From the NCBI RefSeq assembly GCF_006345805.1, contig NC_043001.1, positions 56,234,001-56,298,000 on the forward strand: DNA of 64,000 nucleotides, read 5' to 3'. The stretch is from Octopus sinensis. Lineage: Eukaryota. This document shows positions 56,170 to 64,000 of this stretch, in pieces (position 1 is the first letter of the stretch; every line of letters begins with the position of its first letter). The position numbers and the translations under genes are program-made. A model generated the notes under the pieces. The model was not told the origin of the DNA. It saw nothing but the letters and a program-made list of their open reading frames with translations, and searched no databases.

Positions 56170-56557
56170 ACTCTTTTACTCTTTTATTTGTTTCAGTCAT
56201 TTGACTGCGGCCATGCTGGAGCACCGTCTTTAGTCGAGCAAATCGACCCGGGGAATTATTCTTTGTAAGCCCAGTACTTATTCTATCGGTCTTTTTTGCC
56301 GAACCGCTAAGTGACGTACAACACACAGCATCGGCTGTCAAGCAATGCTAGGGGGACAAACACAGACACACAAACACACACACAAATACATATATACGAC
56401 GGGCTTCTTTCAGTTTTCCGTACAAATCCACTCCACACAAGACATTGGTCGGCCGGGGCTATAGCAGAAGACACTTGCTTAAGATGCCACGCAGTGGGAC
56501 TGAACCCGGAACCATGTGGTTGGTTAGCAAGCTACTTACCACACAGCCACTCATGCG

Positions 56558-56560
<3 letters not shown>
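56170..56560 (-). mobile_element. SINE family A, full length
   Basis: TTTGTTTCAGTCATTTGACTGCGGCCATGCTGGAGCACCG...CCACACAGCCACTCATGCGCC. Confidence 0.9.
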
Positions 56561-56606
<46 letters not shown>

Positions 56607-56626
56607 AATGGTTATATGTATGTGTG

Positions 56627-56660
<34 letters not shown>

Positions 56661-56661
<1 letters not shown>

Positions 56662-57148
56662 ATATGCATACATACAAACATATATGTACGTACCGACATC
56701 TACATGTATATATACATGCAATATAAATATATTACGTACAGGACACCACAAAAAGACGTAAAACTCAACAGAAACGAAAACGGAAAGCCATTTTGCTACA
56801 ACAGAAAGGCAGAGACGTGGAACAGGACGAGAACGAAAACGGGAAAAACATTATTTACAACAGAAAAACAAGGTACAGGACATGCTACACAAGGAAAAAT
56901 CCCTTTCATCAGCTGTCACTAGTAGACTTAGCGTGTTTCGAAGGCAAGACAGGACACGACTCGTCAATTCGTTCTCGTCCTGTTCCACGTCTCTGTCTTT
57001 CTGTTGTAACAAAATGGCTTTTCCGTTTTCGTTTCTGTTGAGTTTTACGTCTTTTTGTGGTGTCCTGTACGTATATATATTTATATATGCATGTATATAT
57101 ACATGTAGATGTCGGTACGTACATATATGTTTGTATGTATGCATATAT
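56661..57148. repeat. Near-perfect inverted repeat, ~177-bp arms (56661-56837, 56968-57148) with a 130-bp spacer
   Basis: TACGTACAGGACACCACAAAAAGACGTAAAACTCAACAGAAACG vs CGTTTCTGTTGAGTTTTACGTCTTTTTGTGGTGTCCTGTACGTA. Confidence 0.92.
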
Positions 57149-57255
57149 TTTATTTATTACACTATCGTCTGACAGCGCTTCGCGTCGGGTTCGTTCGAAT
57201 TTTCGAATTTTCGAATTTTCGCTTCGTTCCGTCTCTTATCCTCCCAGTATTGTTT

Positions 57256-57334
<79 letters not shown>

Positions 57335-58027
57335 GCATGTGTACATATACATATATAGGTATAGGACGTCACCAACTGTAAGCATGAAATACGAAAACAA
57401 ATGAGTTCAATACGCAAACAAGAGAAGCAAATGGAAAACAGGACAAGTAACATAAAGAACGACCCTTCATCAGTTGTCGGCTGTCTATTTACATCTCATT
57501 TCGAGCATTAAACGACAATATGAGTCTTCGAAGACAGTTGCTCCCATAAATACCAAAATAAAATTTGGGATTTATGGAGGATCAAAGTTGAATACAAAAG
57601 CAGGACAGTAGAGACGTACAAGGAAACCGAACGAAAACAGACATGGAGGGTCGTTGGACCAGAATCAGGATAAAACAGCCAACGCTGGAGAAATATTTTC
57701 TTTGACAAGAGAAAGTGTAGAAGTGAGAAATAGGATACGTCCAGTACTTAGAACAGTCTTGAAAGAAAAGAAAGATGATCACGTGAGGAAAAGATGGACG
57801 ATGGTCACGAGTGAGCAACGAGAGAGAGAGAAAAGGAGAAAGAGGGAGAGAGAGAGAGATAGAAAACGGTGAAGGGGAGAAAAAGGGAATTAGAGAAAAC
57901 GATGGGGGAGAAAACAGTATAGAGCAGTCGCGCGCGCACGCACACACACACACAGACACATACACACACACACACACACATAACATCTATATTATTTTTG
58001 AAGTGAACACCATGTATCCATTTCAAG

Positions 58028-58063
<36 letters not shown>

Positions 58064-58231
58064 TATAAGGGATATTAGCCAACCGAATATGGCTAGGGAC
58101 AGGGCAGGGCGGTGAGGGTGTCACTGTTGCATTTAGCCCCAGGCGAACATATACGTCACCAGATAGGCCTGACGCCATCACGGCGTCCTCTATCTTGCAA
58201 AGGGAGATCATCCACCAAGAAGCAGATACCA

Positions 58232-58277
58232 CACACGGACCTAGGTTTCAAGGTGTATTGCCTATTATCAACGTGTG
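58232..58277 (-). ncRNA. Degenerate type I hammerhead ribozyme motif (minus-strand copy)
   Basis: Exact reverse complement of 58687-58732. Confidence 0.65.
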
Positions 58278-58686
58278 GTAGGCATCGCTTCTCGATGAAC
58301 GACCAACTGTGCAAGATATATATAAGGATTTTCAAGTAAATACATTTACTGATTTCGAAAATCTGTTCGACAGCAATAATAATTCTCTAAATGAGATATA
58401 GACAGTGACTGCTCCGTAATATAAGGGATATTAGCCAACCGAATATGGCTGACGTTGATGTTCGCCTGGGGCTAAATGCAACAGTGACACCCCCACCACC
58501 CTGCCCTGTCCCTAGCCATATTCGGTTGGCTAATATCCCTTATATTACGGAGCAGTCACTGTCTATATCTCATTTAGAGAATTATTATTGCTGTCGAACA
58601 GATTTTCGAAATCAGTAAATGTATTTACTTGAAAATCCTTATATATATCTTGCACAGTTGGTCGTTCATCGAGAAGCGATGCCTAC

Positions 58687-58732
58687 CACACGTTGATAAT
58701 AGGCAATACACCTTGAAACCTAGGTCCGTGTG
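58687..58732 (+). ncRNA. Degenerate type I hammerhead ribozyme motif (core TTGATAA instead of CTGANGA)
   Basis: CACACG-TTGATAA-TAGG-CAATACA-CCTT-GAAAC-CTAG-GTC-CGTGTG. Helix I, GAAA, helix III and the GTC triplet are kept; two core positions deviate. Confidence 0.65.
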
Positions 58733-59814
58733 TGGTATCTGCTTCTTGGCGGATGATCTCCCTTTGCAAGATAGAGGACGCCGCGATGGCGTCAGGCCTA
58801 TCTGGTGACGTTGATGTTCGCCTGGGGCTAAATGCAACAGTGACACCCCCACCACCCTGCCCTGTCCCTAGCCATATTCGGTTGGCTAATATCCCTTATA
58901 TTACGGAGCAGTCACTGTCTATATCTCATTTAGAGAATTATTATTGCTATATATATATTGATATTTACATTGAATTTTTCTTGCCCCCCCCCACACACAC
59001 ACACATTAAAACAGAGTTTGTGTGTGTCTACGTGCGTGCGTTTGTTCTTTAGGCATTCGAAAACTGAGTTGCCGATTTTGATGTATCGGGTATCAAAGGA
59101 TTCAGTAATGTTCGGACTACCAAATAAAGTATGGTTTTTGCAGAACTCTTTTTTACTACAAAAATAACCTCGTAAACCAGAGGCCGAGTCGCACAAGTAT
59201 GGGGTATTTAGCTGAGGGAGGCAACTCTGGCTGAACAATCTTTGTCTTAGGGTATATTAAGAAATTGTTTAAAATACATGGAGTTTTACCAGGTAATGAA
59301 ACTTCAAAGCTATACCGTCAACTTTATAAAAATTATTTAGTAGATAATCTTTTAATGTGAAGTATGCTGCTTGTTTAACCCGGAGTTGCCTCTGATATAG
59401 CAGAAACATTTGCATACTTTTTTTCTTCTTCCTGAAATATAAAATCTGTGTCTTTCTTTTGATGAAAGACACAGATTTACAGTATATTTTAAGAGAGATT
59501 TGGTTGTTATTTGTAGTATATAGTGTTATCATGTAGAGTGGGAGTTCAATACGAAGTTTTGAACTCGTTATCTTGTGGTTAGTAATCTCTTACCGTAAAT
59601 TTCAAGTGACTATCGACATGATGGGGTATCCCTTCAAAAATTTAATTGATCATGCTGACTTCTGTACGTATATCAATCTAGCATTTAATTTATAGATATA
59701 TGCTGGATGAAATACTAACGTTGGGACAAAGTGGGATACAATATTGGAATTAACAACAAATGTAAACACCACACACACACACACACACACACATACATAT
59801 TAGGTCCAAGAATG

Positions 59815-59950
59815 ACTGTGTGGTTGAGGGTTGAGAAGTATGCCTCCAACCACATGGTTCCACGTTCAGTCCATCTCTATGGCACTTCGGGCGAGTTCTA
59901 CTCTGTCCCAGGGCTAACCACAAACGTGTGACAGAATTTGGTAGACGGAA
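59815..59950 (+). mobile_element. SINE family A head fragment
   Basis: GACTGTGTGGTTGAGG...CCAACCACATGGTTCC...TTTGGTAGACGGAAA. Confidence 0.7.
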
Positions 59951-60084
59951 AATGCAGCGTTGTTCATAAGAAAAACATGTTTATAAAGAGGGTGGTTTGC
60001 CATTATATTCCTTGTGTGCCGATTCTACCCATAAAAAAGGAACAAATAATACAATGTGGCTGTGAGTCATAACACCCGGGAACA

Positions 60085-60509
60085 CCGGGGGCTTTGCTAA
60101 AAACTACAGTAGCATCCACCCTTAGGGGTTAGCCATATTGAAATGGCAAAAATACGTCACGATGTGTTACCGCTACTGTATATAACTCACTTTGATATTT
60201 ATCATTGTTTGATTTCACTTTTTCAATATCAGCGACAGTGGACGCTGGAAAAAGTATAAGTATTTGTGAAGGAAATCTAATTCTCGGCGACAACTATGAT
60301 TGTCACACGCTGACGAGAGGTCAATACCTCGAAACTCGAGTCCGTGTGTATCATAAGTTGAAGACGGGAAGGATGACTTCCCTTTGCAAATACTGACAGC
60401 ACACAGATAGTGTGTCTATGGCCAGCTGGAGGAGTGTGTCCTCCTGGGGCTAAAAACTACAGTAGCATCCACCCTTAGGGGTTAGCCATATTGAAATGGC
60501 AAAAATACG

Positions 60510-60513
<4 letters not shown>
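60085..60513 (+). mobile_element. Non-LTR retrozyme-like element: 353-bp monomer plus a 65-bp terminal redundancy
   Basis: GCTAAAAACTACAGTAGCATCC...AATACGTCAC is repeated exactly at 60096-60160 and 60449-60513. It contains a hammerhead, has no coding capacity, and its 3' end runs into (TA)n. Confidence 0.85.
60304..60348 (+). ncRNA. Type I hammerhead ribozyme with intact core; predicted cleavage after GTC at 60342
   Basis: Helix I CACACG(60304-09)/CGTGTG(60343-48); CTGACGA(60310-16); helix II GAGG/CCTC with loop TCAATA; GAAA(60331-34); helix III AC/GT with loop TCGA; GTC(60340-42). Helix I extends through a bulge by TATGAT(60295-300)/ATCATA(60350-55). Confidence 0.93.
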
Positions 60514-60563
<50 letters not shown>

Positions 60564-60795
60564 ATTAGGGAATAAATCCAAACTTACAGTGAAAAATTAG
60601 ATTTAGGATTAAATCCAATTTTATAGTATAAATATATTATATTATATTATATTATATTAGAGATAAAACCACTATTAGGCAAATCAAACAGTGGAAAACA
60701 TAAGCCAATACATAAAATTAATTTAAAAATATAAAAGTTAAAAATAAAAAATTATTTAAATATTTTAAACTTATAAATTTTATATATATATACAA

Positions 60796-60829
<34 letters not shown>

Positions 60830-61054
60830 ATTTTTATATTTATATATTATTTTATTTATTAATTAATTAATTTCTTTCTTTATTTAAAAAAAGTATTAAA
60901 AGTTTACTAAAAGATAAAGAGTTTATAAAGAAGAGGGGTTTGCATCATATTCCTCGTGTGCCGATTCTACCCATAAGAAAGGAACAAATAATACAATGTG
61001 GCTGTGAGTCATAACACCCGGGAACAAGCACACACACATACATATATACACATA

Positions 61055-61194
61055 TAGGCGCAGGCGTGGATGTGTGGTAAGTAGTTTGCTTACCGTCCAC
61101 ATGGCTCCAGATCCAGTCCCACTGCGTGACACCTTGGTCTTCTACTATAACCTTGTGAGTAGATTTGGTAGACAGAAACTGAAAGAATCCCGTC

Positions 61195-61234
<40 letters not shown>

Positions 61235-61435
61235 GTGTGTGTCTGAGTTTGTCCCCCCACCATCGCTTAACAACCGATACTGGTGTGTTTACGTCCCCAT
61301 AACTGGCAAAGAGACGGATAGAACAAGTACTAGGCTTACAAAGAATACGTTCGGGGGTCGACTTGTAAGACAAAAGGCAGTGGTCCAGCGTGGCCACAGT
61401 CAAATGACTGAAACAAATAAAAGAATAAAAGAATA
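61055..61435 (+). mobile_element. SINE family A, full length
   Basis: AGGCGCAGGCGTGGATGTGTGGTAAGTAG...GGCCACAGTCAAATGACTGAAACAAATAAAAGAATAAAAGAAT. Confidence 0.9.
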
Positions 61436-61478
61436 CATGTAAATACATTCATACATTCACACACACACACACACACAC

Positions 61479-61514
<36 letters not shown>

Positions 61515-63059
61515 CATATCTACCTATCTATATGTATGTATGTATATACGCAAATCGAATATAGAGATAAAAACAAGTGGCCCAAAATTCACTGGACATA
61601 TGCATGGAATGTATTAGTTTGACGCCCAGTTAAAGATGGAAAGAAAGGGTGCATAACATTTTGTTAGAGAGAGGAGAGAGGAAAGGACTGGAAAGAAGGT
61701 AAACAGTCCCACGCAAAAAAAAGACACGTGTATGGTTATGTGTGTGTGTGTGTAAAAGTATGTGTATGTTCATACGTATATATATTGAACGGAAAATAGG
61801 CAGAAAGATCTAATTGATAGACAGATGACTAGATAGAAGGAGTGAAGTAATAGCTACAAAAGGTACACGCGTGGTGAGAGCGAGAGACGAGAAGGTGGGG
61901 GCTGGCGGATGAGTGCTATAACACCAATATCCTCAAATAGTTGTAAAATAAATCTATGAATAAATCGCTATCAACTGTTTATGTATTTTGCGGAAAAAGT
62001 CTTTATTTTGCGTAGGAGGACTGGCATTCTATCAGACAGTATGAACTCATGGTCACCAAATTTTATAACCATCGAGAAAATCTCTAGGTTAGTGATGGTG
62101 ACGTTTCGTTCTTTTTGAGTAATGCAATTTAGATTTCTTTAATCATGCACTTTCACACGTCATCCAAACATTTTAGTTTTAGCTAAATCTTTATGTATAA
62201 AGCTTTTCTAACATGATATTGTAGGAAGAACTATTTTTTTCAAAACTTCATTATCGTGTCATGTCTGATATTCGTATCATATTTTCGCTATCACAGCTCT
62301 ACAAGGTCTCTCAAACTATTGTAAGTAACAAATATCCCTCAAATCATACAATATCATTTTTGTGTAATGAAAGACACAATGGCTTGTGCGATATATATGA
62401 TTATATATATATATATATATATATATATGACCGCGTGTGTACCGTTGGCGATTTTTTTTCCTCCGTCTTCCCTTCTTTGGATCTTTCCTTCCTTCCTGAG
62501 CGTCCAATAATACTATATTTGTTCCACGTCCTCGCGTTGTTGTGTTTTCATGTTTGGATTAACGTTATATATATATATATAATGTAACTTACTACTCCCA
62601 ATGTCTTGACAATATTCATGATCATACGCAGCCATGAGCTGTCAACTCACTCTTGCCCTTTATTCCAATCAGACACAGTCCTCTGGTCTTAGATTTATTA
62701 GTTGATAAAAAAACAAATAAATTAGAAATGAACCATAGTCCTTTACAAGCTATGACCCCAGTGGGTTTCATTCCTTTCTTGGAAGTGTAGTCTATTCTTA
62801 GCTATAATAGCAACAACATGAATTTCTTCCATCTTGTTGTTCTGTTAAAGTATTTGAGAAAAATTATATTAATGTGTCCAACTGATTAAAAATTCTTTTT
62901 ATTTATGAAGCTGATGATAGCCCTGCATTTAAATTGATGTAATGATTGCATTGTTCAATTAAATGGAGTCGCTTGAAACGGTCGTACTATATCACTACGA
63001 TCACCATACTTCGAGCTGACTAGGTGCTTCAACTTAAGTAATTAATTCAACTGAATCTC

Positions 63060-63108
<49 letters not shown>

Positions 63109-63702
63109 TATTCCCCGGGTTTGTATCCACGGCTTTTATGCTCATCGTGACGTGCATCTACTTAAGTGGGTATCGGAAAGTTGTCTCGCCGGTAATTGCA
63201 CAACCTAAAATTTCAGATCCGATACGGCTTGCACAAAACCTGAAAGACCGTCTCACCCTATGGGCATGATACAGTGGCAAACCAGGGCAAGATATGCATT
63301 GTTAATATGTGTCGCGTGCGAGCGCTATGATTTCAAGCGCAAGCAAAAGATGCCGAAAATGTTCAATATGAGCTTACTTTTGAGGTCTTTCACGGGTGTT
63401 ATTGCTAACATGGAAACCAACACAATCTGTTGTAGTATCGGACTCTCTGCTACTACACCGGCTCCCTCACTAAGCTTACCTGGTGAAAAGGATTGCTGGA
63501 AACCCAGCAGGTCTGGAAACAAAAATCTGTCAAAAGGACGGAGGAACCTGGTGTAGGTTCAACGGCTATCTGACAACAGCACGGGACCTCAGAGATTTCG
63601 GATTGGTTTCCAGTATACTTGATGACCACTCGGAATGAGGCATTCGTTAGCCTTTGTTAAAGCATGTCTCCAGGAGGTCACTTTGATATAGAACCAGATA
63701 TG

Positions 63703-63788
<86 letters not shown>

Positions 63789-63790
63789 AT
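63703..63790. repeat. (CTA)n microsatellite
   Basis: Direct reading. Confidence 0.95.
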
Positions 63791-64000
63791 GATTTTCGAA
63801 GCATGTCTTCACTGTTTCTCCAATTCCAGTTCTATTATTGAAACTACTGGTGTATTATTGTTCTTGTTGCTAGCCCCAGGTCTAGTAGATACATGATCAA
63901 AGTTGTTCTATTCATGGCCATCTCGCATTTTTTTCTTTTAAGTAGGGAGGGAGTTATCTCACTAAAATGTCTAGCGTGTATCCTTTATAAATATGTGCGT

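Larger units (their letters stand above)
58061..58947. mobile_element. Retrozyme-like array: 356-bp monomer, ~1.1 units on minus (58061-58450) head-to-head with ~1.4 units on plus (58451-58947)
   Basis: TAATATAAGGGATATTAGCC recurs at 58061 and 58417. GACGTTGATGTTCGCC recurs at 58451 and 58807. The two blocks are mutual reverse complements with few mismatches. Each carries a hammerhead-shaped motif. Confidence 0.85.
59979..61026. repeat. ~105-bp direct repeat pair (59979-60084 and 60921-61026) flanking the retrozyme insertion
   Basis: Both contain ATATTCCT[T/C]GTGTGCCGATTCTACCCATAA[A/G]AAAGGAACAAATAATACAATGTGGCTGTGAGTCATAACACCCGGGAACA. Confidence 0.9.

Noticed and set aside
57455-57540. Canonical hammerhead around the minus-strand CTGATGA
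   Set aside because: No GAAA follows a paired helix II in any standard permutation. Kept only as a motif note in the 56.7-kb finding.
63160-63250. HDV-like ribozyme
   Set aside because: A P1-like stem followed by GG exists, but there is no P3/L3 with CC for P1.1 and no P2 partner.

Overview
AT-rich, microsatellite-dense eukaryotic DNA with no recognisable intact host gene, so intergenic or deep intronic. The repeat families look like those of octopod cephalopods (inference from memory of those families, not a database hit). Nearly all long ORFs in the track are microsatellite translations. Contents: about 20 copies of two tRNA-derived SINE families, a mariner (DD34D) relic with both TIRs and an internal inverted copy of its own 3' end, an internally deleted maT (DD37D) element, a 5'-truncated CR1/L2-type LINE, a Tx1/L1-type LINE 3' end, a Penelope-like RT-thumb/GIY-YIG fragment, and several fold-back repeats. 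The main finding is at 58.0-61.0 kb: two related ~355-bp retrozyme-like elements. The copy at 60085-60513 (353-bp monomer plus a 65-bp terminal redundancy) carries an intact type I hammerhead ribozyme at 60304-60348 with a short, palindromic helix III. The array at 58061-58947 (356-bp monomer, head-to-head, more than one unit on each strand) carries the same fold with a mutated catalytic core.
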